Shown piece after piece: positions 50,493 to 61,204 of a stretch of DNA of 64,000 nt. Position 1 is the first letter of the stretch. Each line of letters starts with the position of its first letter. The DNA lies in the NCBI GenBank assembly GCA_964648715.1, contig CAZYNM010000001.1, forward strand, positions 16,040 through 80,039, read 5' to 3'. Origin of the DNA: an uncultured Pseudomonadales bacterium. Lineage in GTDB: Bacteria; Patescibacteriota; Microgenomatia; UBA1400; PJMF01. The notes under the pieces are model-generated. The model was not told the origin of the DNA. It made no database searches and worked only from the letters and a program-made list of their open reading frames with translations. The position numbers were made by a program, and so were the translations under genes.

Positions 50493-51917
50493 ATGGCTCG
50501 ATTTGCACAAAAGCACACAACTACTTTTGAAACAGCTCAAGATCACTATGAGCATGGGTATACATTCCCCACGAATCACTATGCACATATCACGAAGCCC
50601 GGTCTCAGCACACACGTAGTTGAGGAAATTTCTCACATCAAAGAAGAGCCAGCATGGATGCTCAAAGCTCGTCTCACTGCATACGAGCAATTTCTTGCCA
50701 AGCCTACGCCTACTTGGGGTGGAGATTTAAAGAATATTGATTACGATAAAATTCATTACTACCTGCGACCTACTGATGCACAAGCACACTCATGGAACGA
50801 TGTCCCTGCTGACGTCAAAGAAACGTTTGAACGTTTGGGTATCCCTCAGGCAGAACGAGCTGTGCTAGCAGGAGTTAAGGCTCAGTATGATAGTGAGGTT
50901 GTGTATGGTTCACTCAAAGAAGTATTTGCTAAAGACGGCGTTATATTCCTCTCCATGGATGATGGGTTGAAAGAGTATCCCGATCTTGTGAAGCAGTACT
51001 TTGGTACCGTTATTCCCAGCGGGGATAATAAGTTCTCGGCACTCAACACGGCAGCCTGGTCCGGTGGCTCATTTGTGTACATTCCCAAAGGAGTGCAGGT
51101 GAAACTGCCACTCCAGACTTACTTTAGAATTAACGCAGAAAATGCAGGTCAGTTTGAGCGCACGCTCATCATAGTTGATGAAGGGGCCAGTGTGCATTAC
51201 ATTGAAGGATGTACTGCACCTCAATTTTCTTCTGGTTCGCTCCACTCAGCAGTGGTGGAAATTGTAGTCAAAAAAGGTGCTCGTTGTCAGTACACCACTA
51301 TTCAAAATTGGTATAAAAATGTCTACAACTTGGTAACTAAGCGAGCGTTGGTGGAAGAAGACGCAAAAATGATCTGGACAGACTTTAATATGGGATCAAA
51401 ACTGACTATGAAGTACCCTGGCTTTATATTGGCAGGCAAAGGTGCTACTGGCGAAACGCTCAGTATGGCACTGGCTGGAGCTGGACAACATCAAGACACA
51501 GGATCAAAGGCTATTCACCTAGCTCCTTATACTAACTCTACCATTATTTCTAAATCTATTTCTAAAGATGGTGGACGCACCTCGTATCGTGGTTTGGTCA
51601 ACGTAGGTCCGCATGCTCACAACAGCAACAACACAGTGATCTGTGATGCGTTGCTACTTGATGATCATTCACGGTCGGATACGTACCCAGTAGATAGAAT
51701 TTTTAATTCACGTGTAGCAGTACAGCATGAAGCAACAGTCTCAAAAATAGGAGACGACCAGTTATTTTATTTGATGAGTAGAGGGGTGAGTGAAGAAGAT
51801 GCACGCAAGATGGTAGTACACGGTTTTATTGATGACCTTGTCAAGAAACTACCCTTTGAGTATGCGGTAGAAATGAACAGGCTGATTGATCATGAGATGG
51901 AAGGAAGTATCGGCTAA
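50493..51917 (+). CDS. sufB: Fe-S cluster assembly protein SufB
   Basis: 474 aa; SufB/SufD beta-helix core and C-terminal ...DDQLFYLMSRGVSEEDARKMVVHGFI. Confidence 0.85.
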   Translation: MARFAQKHTTTFETAQDHYEHGYTFPTNHYAHITKPGLSTHVVEEISHIKEEPAWMLKARLTAYEQFLAKPTPTWGGDLKNIDYDKIHYYLRPTDAQAHSWNDVPADVKETFERLGIPQAERAVLAGVKAQYDSEVVYGSLKEVFAKDGVIFLSMDDGLKEYPDLVKQYFGTVIPSGDNKFSALNTAAWSGGSFVYIPKGVQVKLPLQTYFRINAENAGQFERTLIIVDEGASVHYIEGCTAPQFSSGSLHSAVVEIVVKKGARCQYTTIQNWYKNVYNLVTKRALVEEDAKMIWTDFNMGSKLTMKYPGFILAGKGATGETLSMALAGAGQHQDTGSKAIHLAPYTNSTIISKSISKDGGRTSYRGLVNVGPHAHNSNNTVICDALLLDDHSRSDTYPVDRIFNSRVAVQHEATVSKIGDDQLFYLMSRGVSEEDARKMVVHGFIDDLVKKLPFEYAVEMNRLIDHEMEGSIG

Positions 51918-51937
51918 TGGCTAAGACATTCTGCCTG

Positions 51938-52306
51938 TTAGGCAGCCAGTAAGGTGGTGATTCTGTGCATCACCTGGTTAATACTCGTTTGTGCTTTGAT
52001 ATAGAATTCTTGTGCACCCAGTGACAGTGCAGTTCTCTCATGATCATTTGGCAAGTTTGTGAGTACAATTACGGGTACGTGAAACTCAGTGAGTTTGGTT
52101 CTCATTGTTTGCAGAAGACTGAATCCATCTTCTTTGCCTTCGAGGAGAATATCTAGGAGGACAATATCTGGCATATCTCTCTGTAAGAGTGCCAGTGCAT
52201 CGGGAACAGTGCGTGCTGTCTGAACAGAATGGCCAAGTCTTAGGAGCTTCAATTTATAAATTTCTATAAATTGTGGGTCGTCTTCAATAAGTAGTACTTT
52301 TTTCAT
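51938..52306 (-). CDS. stand-alone response-regulator receiver domain
   Basis: MKKVLLIEDDPQF...DIVLLDILLEG...PVIVLTNL (CheY-like D, D, T, K pattern); start set at MKKVLL rather than the longer ORF. Confidence 0.65.
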   Translation of the reverse strand: MKKVLLIEDDPQFIEIYKLKLLRLGHSVQTARTVPDALALLQRDMPDIVLLDILLEGKEDGFSLLQTMRTKLTEFHVPVIVLTNLPNDHERTALSLGAQEFYIKAQTSINQVMHRITTLLAA

Positions 52307-52311
52307 AAAGA

Positions 52312-53382
52312 TTATTTTTTTTGTATGTCCTTCACTGTATGAGCAACAGACCGATTGCATATAAATACAGTAGAGTCAGTTTGTATGACAACTAAGTCAC
52401 GCACACCAAGCAGTGCAATTCTTTGATGGTAGGGTATGACAAGACATCCCGTGGATTGCACTGTATCAACACTGGCTGAAGGCAAGGTTGGGAGTAGCAC
52501 ATTTCCTTGTTCATCATGTGGACAAGAGCGATAAAAACTTTCCCAGTTGCCAATATCCTGCCAGCTGTAATCGGCTTTATACACAAACAAGTGTTGGAGT
52601 TTTTCGGTTATTTTGTGTTCAAAAGACACTCGTTCAACTCGAGAGAACCATGATTTTAGTTGAACAAAATATTCTTTTTCTGAAGCAACAATACGTAACT
52701 GAAGTAGTTCTTGATATATCTCAGGCGCGTATGTTTTTATTTCTTGTAAAAGTATGGACGTACGCCACACATATACACCCGTGTTCCATACATACTGACC
52801 AGTAGCAATAAATAGTTCCGCCGTTTTTTTATCAGGTTTTTCAGTAAAAGTATCAACAGCATATAAATTTTGTGCTCGTGTTGGCAATCCAAGTTTGATG
52901 TAACCATATTGTGTTTCGGGGTATGCTGGCGGGGTACCAATACAGATAATCGAGTTGCGTTTCCTTGCTAGTTGAGCGACATGTTTAATAGTCGCAATAA
53001 AATTTTTTAAACCATAAATTTTATGGTCAGAAAATAGCATTACCGCAATAGAATCAGGGTAGAGTATCTCCAGATGGAGTGCAGTCAGTGCAATAGCAGC
53101 TGTTGTGTCAGCATTATGTGGTTGTATTACCAAATTTTTTTCTGGTATTTGAACTAGGTGCCGCAAAAGAGGTGCTAGTTTTTCGGTGGTCACAACTACA
53201 ATGTGCTCACGGGGAAAAGCAAGTAATGCTCGCTCATATGCTTCAACAAAAAGAGTTTCCTGTGCAAAAACGGGGTGTACCTGTTTGGGTAATTGAGGTG
53301 TAGAGACTGGCCATAACCGTTGACCATCTCCTCCAGCAAAGATTACTCCAATTGCTTGTTTGCAAGCATTTTTTGAGTACAT
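52312..53382 (-). CDS. mannose-1-phosphate guanylyltransferase-like nucleotidyltransferase (ManC/GMP family)
   Basis: GVIFAGGDGQRLWPVSTPQLPKQ matches the G.ILAGG.GTRLWPLS...PKQ sugar-nucleotidyltransferase motif; start chosen at MYSKNA. Confidence 0.6.
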   Translation of the reverse strand: MYSKNACKQAIGVIFAGGDGQRLWPVSTPQLPKQVHPVFAQETLFVEAYERALLAFPREHIVVVTTEKLAPLLRHLVQIPEKNLVIQPHNADTTAAIALTALHLEILYPDSIAVMLFSDHKIYGLKNFIATIKHVAQLARKRNSIICIGTPPAYPETQYGYIKLGLPTRAQNLYAVDTFTEKPDKKTAELFIATGQYVWNTGVYVWRTSILLQEIKTYAPEIYQELLQLRIVASEKEYFVQLKSWFSRVERVSFEHKITEKLQHLFVYKADYSWQDIGNWESFYRSCPHDEQGNVLLPTLPSASVDTVQSTGCLVIPYHQRIALLGVRDLVVIQTDSTVFICNRSVAHTVKDIQKK

Positions 53383-53446
53383 ACTATTCAGATTTTTTTT
53401 GTTACTATCAATATAGATTAAAGATTCACAGAATGTAAGTGGCTCC

Positions 53447-55315
53447 ATGCACTTGATAGATCGCCAATTATTCTATACACAGTTACGGAAAAGAGTTGGT
53501 TTTCGCATGCACAAAAATGAGGCTGGCTGGATGGCTACCAAGCAGCCAACTCTTTATTTAGCTGCACGACGACTGCATACAAAAACCTCCTTTTTTAAGA
53601 TGGTGGCAAAAGTCTGTGGACTGCCATACACAGATACGCTCCCAATTCGTATTTTTGAGAAAGACTCACTCGTCCAAAAAGTGGGGCTAGAAGCAGCGAG
53701 CAAGTATCTCTTCTTCCCCTATTATGAAAATAAAAAACTCTTTGTGGCTGTATCTGATCCATACCAGTGGCAAGAAATACAGCAGATATGCCAAGAGAAG
53801 CTTGGATGCTCTGAGATCAGTTTTGTGGTGACGGAACCATTCCGTATTTGGTCTGCACTTAATCATGCAAGCTATATTCCGTCACAGGAGGTGGCAGAAT
53901 CTCATCTGCATATTCAATACCCACAGTACTCAGGCAAAGAGCGTTCACATTTATTCTTAAAAGCTGTGCTCGTGGGTTGTGTTGGGCTTGGTCTTGGCGG
54001 ACTGCTGTTTTCACCACACACAATGGTGTTGGTGGTGCTAGTTACTCTTAATAGTCTCTACCTTATCTTGAATCCTCTGCGTCTAATCCTCTCGCTTGGC
54101 GCTTTTCGCATACAGAAAGAAGATAGTAATCAAAAAATCAAAGGGGCAGTGCCAGACCACACATTGCCTGTGTACACACTATTGATCCCACTTAAGGAAG
54201 AGAAAACAGTTGTCCCACAACTCATACAGAGTTTGCAGCAACTTGATTATCCGCCAGAAAAATTGGACATCAAGTTTGTGGTGGAAGTCACGGATACAAC
54301 TACGCTTAAAGCACTTGAGGACGCTGGTCTTTCTGTCCATGAAACGTCTCCATCAAGCTCGTATGAACTTCATCAAGTTGTTAAAGTTCCCGTTGGGGAG
54401 CTATCAACCAAACCTCGTTCGTGTAATTATGCTCTACAGTTTGCGCGGGGTGAATTGGTGGTCATTTATGATGCAGAAGACCAGCCTGACCCACTTCAAT
54501 TAAGAAAAGCATATTACGCCTTTCTCAATTCTCACCTCAATACCATATGTGTTCAAGCAAAATTAAACTACTACAATACAAATCAAAATATTATGACTCG
54601 CTGTTTTACTGCCGAGTATAGTTACTGGTTTGATATCTTATTACCTGCACTCGCTCACTGGCGAATTCCGTTGCCTTTGGGTGGAACGAGTAATCATTTT
54701 CAAACAAAAGCATTGAAGACTATTGGTACTTGGGATCCTTACAATGTTACTGAAGATGCAGAGCTGGGTTGGAGATTGAGTAGATTAGGATATCAAACTA
54801 CTATGATGGACTCATATACTCTTGAAGAAGCAAACAGTGAAACGCTCAACTGGATTAGACAGCGCACACGTTGGCAAAAAGGATTCTTGATGACGTTACT
54901 GGTGCATTTGCGACACCCCATACAATTAGTTCGTGATCTGGGTATACGGGGGGCAGTCGTGTCCACAGTTGTTTTCGCGAGTACAGTAGTGCTTCCTATC
55001 ATCAATCTGTGGTTGTGGATCCATTCGTTGTGCTGGCTTCTCTCAGAACAGCTTGGTCTGGTTACAGTTTTCACTACCTTGCCGGTATGGATAACTACAA
55101 TCACTTTAGCCAATTTAATTTTTGGCAATGTGTTATACATTGCTCTGCACGCCATAGGGCTCATCTATACAAAGCAGTGGCCATTACTCTGGATACTGCC
55201 ATTTTTACCGCTGTATTGGTTGCTACAATCTATTAGTGGTTATAGGTCTCTCTGGCAAATAACCAAGCAACCTCACCTGTGGGAAAAAACCAAACATGGC
55301 TTAGCGATAGCTTAA
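53447..55315 (+). CDS. processive GT2 polysaccharide synthase (cellulose/chitin/PNAG-synthase-like; D,D,D,QxxRW)
   Basis: TM helices flanking a GT2 domain with DYPPEKLDIKFVVE, YDAEDQP, TEDAELGWRL, QRTRWQKG motifs. Confidence 0.65.
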   Translation: MHLIDRQLFYTQLRKRVGFRMHKNEAGWMATKQPTLYLAARRLHTKTSFFKMVAKVCGLPYTDTLPIRIFEKDSLVQKVGLEAASKYLFFPYYENKKLFVAVSDPYQWQEIQQICQEKLGCSEISFVVTEPFRIWSALNHASYIPSQEVAESHLHIQYPQYSGKERSHLFLKAVLVGCVGLGLGGLLFSPHTMVLVVLVTLNSLYLILNPLRLILSLGAFRIQKEDSNQKIKGAVPDHTLPVYTLLIPLKEEKTVVPQLIQSLQQLDYPPEKLDIKFVVEVTDTTTLKALEDAGLSVHETSPSSSYELHQVVKVPVGELSTKPRSCNYALQFARGELVVIYDAEDQPDPLQLRKAYYAFLNSHLNTICVQAKLNYYNTNQNIMTRCFTAEYSYWFDILLPALAHWRIPLPLGGTSNHFQTKALKTIGTWDPYNVTEDAELGWRLSRLGYQTTMMDSYTLEEANSETLNWIRQRTRWQKGFLMTLLVHLRHPIQLVRDLGIRGAVVSTVVFASTVVLPIINLWLWIHSLCWLLSEQLGLVTVFTTLPVWITTITLANLIFGNVLYIALHAIGLIYTKQWPLLWILPFLPLYWLLQSISGYRSLWQITKQPHLWEKTKHGLAIA

Positions 55316-55318
55316 ACT

Positions 55319-55690
55319 TCAATTGACCAAATATTCGTTACATTTGTTTACAAGATCTTTAATTGAAATATCACTCTTAATGAAGACATCAGATGCACCC
55401 AGTGAAAGGGCCTCTTTTGCGATTTCTGGTTGATCATTATTGGTAGCCACTAGGATAGGAATCACTTTTGTATATTCATTTTTATTAAATTGTTTTAGAA
55501 AATCTATCCCGTTCATAACAGGCATAAGTAGATCAAGAATGATAAGGTCTGGTTGATTTTTCTTTATTCTAGCCAGCGCTTCTTGACCATTAGCAGCAGT
55601 TATAACTTGAAAGTCTGTCTGTGACAGTTTGAGTGTATAGGCATCCATCAAAAATGTGTCATCTTCTACAACCAATATGATTTTTGCCAT
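55319..55690 (-). CDS. stand-alone CheY-like response-regulator receiver
   Basis: MAKIILVVEDD...DLIILDLLMP...ILVATNN... Confidence 0.7.
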   Translation of the reverse strand: MAKIILVVEDDTFLMDAYTLKLSQTDFQVITAANGQEALARIKKNQPDLIILDLLMPVMNGIDFLKQFNKNEYTKVIPILVATNNDQPEIAKEALSLGASDVFIKSDISIKDLVNKCNEYLVN

Positions 55691-55811
55691 ATATGCCTTT
55701 TTTAAGTAGCTACCCCGAACACTCTTTTCAGTATAGCATACAAATCTTTTTACAACTTTGGTTAATCAATGGATGTATAAGTTAAAACGAAAATGTGTTA
55801 CTATCCTAACC

Positions 55812-57716
55812 ATGAGTGAGCAACCACATGCATTTGAACAACTACCTATTTGTCTTTTGCAGTTAAATGCACAAGGGGAGTGTGTGTATGCCAATACCCA
55901 TATATTGAAGACAGCACAAGGAACATTTGCAGACTTTGCTGCTCATAAGTGGCAACATATTTTTTACAAACTAGATGCGCAAAAAATTTTGGGATACATT
56001 AAGGATGCGCAACCCGAACAGAATATACTTGTCTTTGATGCTCAGATTACCCTACCAAGCGGTGTGCGCTGGACGCAGGTTCGAGTGTGTCGCATGCAAG
56101 GACAGGATAACACTATTTTGTTGTTTGTTGATATATCACAGGTGAAAGAACAGGCAGAATTGCTTTTTGTGAATGAAGAGAAATTCCGAGGCGCATTTGA
56201 AAATGTTTCAGCTGGCATGGCGCTTGTTTCCCTTGATGGAACGTTACTCAAAGTAAATAGCGCTTTATGTAAAATGCTGGGATATTCTCGAGGTGAAATT
56301 GAAGGCAAAAACTTTCAGGTGTTGTCTCACCCAGATGATCTTCATGAAGATGAGGAAAATTCAAAAAAAGTTCTCTCGGGGAAAATAAGTCATTATCAGA
56401 TAGAAAAGCGCTATCTGCATAGGGATCAATCACAAATATGGACTATTTTAAGTGTGGATTTAGTTGCTGATAACGTGGGACAACCGCAATTCTTTATTTG
56501 TCATATTCAAGATATTTCCAAACTGAAACAAACGTCGCTTGCGCTGGCAGATAAAATTGCGGAGTTGTCTGACCAAGTCAAAGAAACGCAAAAATTTAAA
56601 CTAGCTGTTGAGTTTGCTTCTGACCATATAGTGATTAGTGACCCAAATGGTATTGTGGTGTATGCCAATCAAGCAGTAGAACATGTGACTGGGTATACAG
56701 CCTCAGAAGCGTTTGGAAAAAAAGCGGGTAAACTTTGGAGTTCACCCATGCCGCCAGAATACTATAAAAACATGTGGCACATTATTAAAGAAGAGAAGCA
56801 GACCTTCCAGGGTGAGATCATTAATAGAAGAAAATCTGGCGAGGAATACACAGCACACCTCACTATTTCACCTATATTAGATGACACTGGTGAAGTAGTT
56901 TTCTTTCTGGGAATTGAGCGAGATATCTCAAAGGAAAAGTCTATTGACAAAGCAAAGTCGGAATTTGTTTCCTTTGCATCACATCAGCTGCGAACACCAC
57001 TTACTTCAGTCAAGTGGTACACCGAAATGCTTTTGGCTGGTGATGCTGGTCCCCTTACTGCAAATCAAGGAAAGTATGTCAAAGAAATATATGTTGGTAG
57101 TAAAAGAATGGTCTCATTGGTTACTGCACTCCTCAATGTTTCACGTATTGAAATGGGAACATTCTCTGTTGAGCCAGAACCTACCAACATTGAAGACGTC
57201 ATAGACGTAGTTCTTGATGAATTGAAGTTGCAGATTGCTGAAAAAGAACTTGAAGTGAAACGAGATATCGCCATGTTGGGATCAGTCCTCACTGATCAGA
57301 AATTGATACGGATTGTATTCCAGAACTTGCTTACCAACTCTATTAAATACACACCCACCAAAGGGAAAATTACGATTCAGTTGCAGAAGGCTGCTGCTGG
57401 AGAGGAAGTACATAACAAGCGCATTCCGCAGGCCGCATGGATCATCTCTGTGCAAGATACAGGATACGGTATTCCCGACCAACAAAAAAATATGATCTTC
57501 ACCAAACTTTTCCGGGCTGATAACGTGAGGATAAAAGATACAACTGGCACAGGGTTGGGTCTCTATATCACCAAATCCATCATTACCGAATCTGGCGGTG
57601 AGATTTGGTTTACTTCTACGGAAGACGTGGGTTCGGTGTTTTCATTTTGGTTACCACTCAACGGTATGAATAAGCGATCGGGTAGCAGATCGCTAGAAGA
57701 GAATCATGAATCCTAA
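55812..57716 (+). CDS. PAS-domain sensor histidine kinase
   Basis: Two PAS-like regions, H-box FASHQLRTPLTSV, HATPase N/G boxes (LLTNSIKYT; GTGLGLYITKSI); start set at MSEQPH (the supplied ORF starts upstream at TTG 55758). Confidence 0.75.
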   Translation: MSEQPHAFEQLPICLLQLNAQGECVYANTHILKTAQGTFADFAAHKWQHIFYKLDAQKILGYIKDAQPEQNILVFDAQITLPSGVRWTQVRVCRMQGQDNTILLFVDISQVKEQAELLFVNEEKFRGAFENVSAGMALVSLDGTLLKVNSALCKMLGYSRGEIEGKNFQVLSHPDDLHEDEENSKKVLSGKISHYQIEKRYLHRDQSQIWTILSVDLVADNVGQPQFFICHIQDISKLKQTSLALADKIAELSDQVKETQKFKLAVEFASDHIVISDPNGIVVYANQAVEHVTGYTASEAFGKKAGKLWSSPMPPEYYKNMWHIIKEEKQTFQGEIINRRKSGEEYTAHLTISPILDDTGEVVFFLGIERDISKEKSIDKAKSEFVSFASHQLRTPLTSVKWYTEMLLAGDAGPLTANQGKYVKEIYVGSKRMVSLVTALLNVSRIEMGTFSVEPEPTNIEDVIDVVLDELKLQIAEKELEVKRDIAMLGSVLTDQKLIRIVFQNLLTNSIKYTPTKGKITIQLQKAAAGEEVHNKRIPQAAWIISVQDTGYGIPDQQKNMIFTKLFRADNVRIKDTTGTGLGLYITKSIITESGGEIWFTSTEDVGSVFSFWLPLNGMNKRSGSRSLEENHES

Positions 57717-58131
57717 AAATTATTCTGAGTTTACTATTCTGGTGATTGAAGATGAGCTACCTTTGCAAGATGCAATCAGGATCAAACTAGAGAACAATGG
57801 CTTACGTGTTGTGACTGCACGCAGTGTTAAGCAAGCGTTGTCGTATATCACCGAACTGCCAACTATTGATATTATTTGGCTTGATCACTACCTATTGGGC
57901 CAAGAAAACGGTTTAGCTTTTGTAGCAACCTTGAAGGATCCCGACAGTGTCCACAAAAATATCCCTATTTTTGTAGTGTCAAATAGTGTGGGACAAGATA
58001 AGATAACAAGCTATATACGATTGGGTGTCAATAAATATTATACAAAAACTGACTTTTCACTGGCCGAGATTGTTACGGATATCAAAGAGTTTGTGAGTGA
58101 AAGTGCAGATCAACCTGTTACCAAAGACTAA
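57706..58131 (+). CDS. stand-alone response-regulator receiver domain
   Basis: FTILVIEDELP...IDIIWLDHYL...IFVVSN; start overlaps HK stop. Confidence 0.6.
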   Translation: MNPKNYSEFTILVIEDELPLQDAIRIKLENNGLRVVTARSVKQALSYITELPTIDIIWLDHYLLGQENGLAFVATLKDPDSVHKNIPIFVVSNSVGQDKITSYIRLGVNKYYTKTDFSLAEIVTDIKEFVSESADQPVTKD

Positions 58132-58155
58132 GTCAAGTTTTGGTACAATACCACA

Positions 58156-58647
58156 ATGCAGAAAATGAACACATATGTGGTAAATGCACAAGAGCACCGT
58201 CATATCACTATTAGTGAAGTTGGGATACATGAGGTAAACTTGATCGGCCCAGCAGCAGAAGCAACAATTGTTGGTAGTTTTCATGCCACTGGCGCAGAAC
58301 AAAAAAGTGTTACTGTTGTTATCAACCACCAAGCTGCACACACACGTTCAAGCACTATTCTTAAAGGAGTCGCGAGTGACTCAGCACAGATTTATTTTAC
58401 GGGTAAGATTAAAGTAGCAGAGCATTGCCCTGACACTAATGCGTTTTTGACTGAGCGTATCCTTCTGTTATCTGACACAGCAGTTGCGCATGCCGTGCCA
58501 GATCTTGAAATACTTACAGATGATGTGAAATGCTCGCATGCAGCAAGTATCTCACACATCCCCGACCAGCACCTTTTTTATCTCATGAGCAGAGGATTGA
58601 CCCGCCAAGCTGCTCAAGACTTGATTGTTGATGGGTTTCTAAAATAA
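58156..58647 (+). CDS. short SufD-like protein (SufB/SufD family C-terminal region only, 163 aa)
   Basis: C-terminal DDVKCSHAASISHIPDQHLFYLMSRGLTRQAAQDLIVDGFL parallels the SufB C-terminus in this window; much shorter than canonical SufD. Confidence 0.55.
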   Translation: MQKMNTYVVNAQEHRHITISEVGIHEVNLIGPAAEATIVGSFHATGAEQKSVTVVINHQAAHTRSSTILKGVASDSAQIYFTGKIKVAEHCPDTNAFLTERILLLSDTAVAHAVPDLEILTDDVKCSHAASISHIPDQHLFYLMSRGLTRQAAQDLIVDGFLK

Positions 58648-59913
58648 GTAATCTCTATTTTTGGCAATAGACCAGATTCCTGGAGGAACTGGAGGGAGTT
58701 TGTGTTGATTGTGTAACGCCGATCTGATCTCGCAGACATAGGAAAAAATTTCTTCATACGAATTGCCTGCCAACTCTAGTTGGGCTGCCAAGGTGCCGTG
58801 GTCACTTTTGGCTGGTTTGTGCATAGTGGATGGAATACGAATGGTTGTACTGGGTATAAGTTCTTTGAGTTCTTCAAGTTGAGCGTAGGTATGCATTTGA
58901 GTAGAAAAAATGTTTGCTTGACACACTGTGCAGTTTGCTTCATGAAAAGTGAATGCTGCAGAACCCAATGCAACGTCGATAATGGCCTTGCTAATATCAA
59001 AATCATAGGCGGTCTTGTAGAGAAAACGGAAGGTATATGCCGCCCGTGAATTAATTTCAATCAGCACTGGTTTACCTTCAATAATCCAGTACTCAACGTT
59101 AAAAAACGTGTGATCAAGACCAATAGTTTTTATATCACTGCATGTTTGTGCCAAGAGTGCCCCCTGCATAGGGGCAGGAAGCCTAGAAGGGGAACTAAAG
59201 TTGTCAAAAAGAGTGTAATCACCCATAGGAAAGTTGGTATCAGTGATGAAGAGTGGCGTCACATGCCCGGCTTGTACGTATCCTTCTACGGTCACTTGTG
59301 GTGCGTGAATAAGTGGCTCAATAGTCATGGCATCGATGCATGCTTCTGGATACCGTGTGGCCAGTGAAGTATGTTTGAGTACTTCGTATATGGGAGCATT
59401 TAAGACAGGTAACTTCTTGTGTAATTGTGGGAGTACTCTCTCTATATCAGCTGGCGTATGAGCTTCAAAGCCGAGAGTCCCAAAAGAAGAATAGGGTGCT
59501 TTTAGATAACAAGGGAGTTTTGCTTTGGGGAAAGTGTCCCAGATATTCCACAGTTCTGATGACACTGCACAGTGTGTTTTTACTTTGGTGAGCTGTTTAT
59601 GCAAAGCTAGAAAAATACTCTCTACCGATGATCCTGGCAGATGCAGTTGCTCATTGAGATACGCTGCAATTAATGATCCCAAATCATTTTCACTCACGAC
59701 TGCTGCAATACAGTGCTCTCGGCAGTATGAAAGGCAAAATGCAAGAAATTCTGCATCTGGATATGGGCTGGGACCAGTCGCTTCTACAGAAAAAGTAATG
59801 TGATGCAATGTGAGATGAGCAGAGCGTTTCTCCACAGCAATAGGAGGACGCCTAACGGTCCCAGTACTTTTTGCTATGCGAAGAAGTGAAGTCATGATGA
59901 GTGTCTGTCCCAT
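58639..59913 (-). CDS. ATP-grasp family ligase (unknown substrate)
   Basis: VEYWIIEGKPVLIEINSR (ATP-grasp E.N motif) and overall ~420-aa three-domain layout; start uncertain (Met at 59913 or 59895); the longer ORF to 60054 would overlap sufS. Confidence 0.5.
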   Translation of the reverse strand: MGQTLIMTSLLRIAKSTGTVRRPPIAVEKRSAHLTLHHITFSVEATGPSPYPDAEFLAFCLSYCREHCIAAVVSENDLGSLIAAYLNEQLHLPGSSVESIFLALHKQLTKVKTHCAVSSELWNIWDTFPKAKLPCYLKAPYSSFGTLGFEAHTPADIERVLPQLHKKLPVLNAPIYEVLKHTSLATRYPEACIDAMTIEPLIHAPQVTVEGYVQAGHVTPLFITDTNFPMGDYTLFDNFSSPSRLPAPMQGALLAQTCSDIKTIGLDHTFFNVEYWIIEGKPVLIEINSRAAYTFRFLYKTAYDFDISKAIIDVALGSAAFTFHEANCTVCQANIFSTQMHTYAQLEELKELIPSTTIRIPSTMHKPAKSDHGTLAAQLELAGNSYEEIFSYVCEIRSALHNQHKLPPVPPGIWSIAKNRDYLF

Positions 59914-59932
59914 TATACGGTACAATACAGAT

Positions 59933-61204
59933 ATGTTTGATTCGCATATAGTTCGGCGGGACTTTCCACTTTTTGCACAACCAGTCCACCAAGGTTTGGT
60001 GTATCTTGACAGTGCTGCTACTAGCCAGAAACCCCAGGTAGTCTTGGATGCCATTGCTGACTACTACCGTACTAGCACTGCCAACGTACACCGTGGTGTT
60101 CACACACTCTCGGATGCCAGCACGCATGTCTGGGAAGAAAGCAGGAAAACAATAGCCCATTTTTTTGGTGCTATGCCGCAAGAACTTATCATAACGCGGA
60201 ACACCACCGAGGCACTCAATGGTGTGGCGTACGGGTGGGGAGATGCGCATCTTAAACCTGGAGACGTAATCCTCACAACGTTACTAGAACATCACGCCAA
60301 TATTGTGCCATGGCAGCAACTATGTGCCCGCACTGGTGCAGAACTGGTATTTGTACCGGTTGTGCCACAGACAGGTAGGGTTGCCTGGGACACCTTTGAA
60401 GAACTGCTTAAGCAGTATGGTGCCCGTATACGGTTGGTTGCATGTACGCATGTTTCAAATACGCTGGGCACCCTGGTGCCTGTGGATAAATTGGTTGCAC
60501 TTGTTCGCGCAACGTGTAGTGGAGACAGTCCACGCATCTTGATTGATGGCGCACAAGCAGCTCCGCATATTCCGGTTAATTTCGATGCACTAGGCGTTGA
60601 TTTCTATGCCTTTAGTGGCCATAAGATGCTTGGTCCCATGGGCAGTGGAGGGCTGCTAGTACGGTCAAAGTTACTAGAGTCCGGAGAAATGCAGCCATGG
60701 TTTTTTGGTGGAGGAATGATTGCAGAAGTGCACACAACCGGTACCCAGCTCCATCCAGATCCACAAGAACGATTCACCGCAGGCACACCTGATGTGGCAA
60801 GTGCTGCAGGTCTAGCTGCAGCCTGCAACTATCTTACTGCTCTCGATATGAAAGAAGTTGCCAAACATGATGCCCAGTTGGTGACATATGCCACTCAGCA
60901 GTTACACGCAGCTCCTGGTGTGCAGCTAGTTGGTCCTTTGCCAACAGCGGCAGATAGTATTTTTGATCGCTGTGGGTCAGTGGCGTTTGTATATACAGGG
61001 GTCCATGCGCATGATGTTGCACAAGTACTTGATAGTGAAGGTATTGCGGTACGCAGTGGTCACCACTGCACCATGCCGCTTCATGAAGCATGTGGTTGGC
61101 AAGCAACGGTGCGTGCAAGCTTCTCTGTGTACACCACCACAGAAGATATTGATGCGCTCTGTGCAGGACTCAAGAAAGTAGCGCAGGTATTTGGTACGCC
61201 ATGA
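59933..61204 (+). CDS. sufS: cysteine desulfurase SufS
   Basis: VRRDFPLF...LVYLDSAATSQKP, PLP-Lys motif SGHKMLGPMGSGGL, catalytic region RSGHHC; start set at MFDSHIV. Confidence 0.85.
   Translation: MFDSHIVRRDFPLFAQPVHQGLVYLDSAATSQKPQVVLDAIADYYRTSTANVHRGVHTLSDASTHVWEESRKTIAHFFGAMPQELIITRNTTEALNGVAYGWGDAHLKPGDVILTTLLEHHANIVPWQQLCARTGAELVFVPVVPQTGRVAWDTFEELLKQYGARIRLVACTHVSNTLGTLVPVDKLVALVRATCSGDSPRILIDGAQAAPHIPVNFDALGVDFYAFSGHKMLGPMGSGGLLVRSKLLESGEMQPWFFGGGMIAEVHTTGTQLHPDPQERFTAGTPDVASAAGLAAACNYLTALDMKEVAKHDAQLVTYATQQLHAAPGVQLVGPLPTAADSIFDRCGSVAFVYTGVHAHDVAQVLDSEGIAVRSGHHCTMPLHEACGWQATVRASFSVYTTTEDIDALCAGLKKVAQVFGTP

Noticed and set aside
55758-55811. TTG start at 55758 for the histidine kinase
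   Set aside because: The 18 N-terminal residues (MVNQWMYKLKRKCVTILT) overlap a plausible TTTACA/TGTATAA promoter region, so the Met at 55812 (MSEQPH) is a more likely start. The longer form cannot be excluded.
59914-60054. Long N-terminal extension of the minus-strand ATP-grasp ORF to 60054
   Set aside because: It would overlap the sufS start region antisense by >100 nt, and the residues lack ATP-grasp N-domain character. A later Met is used.
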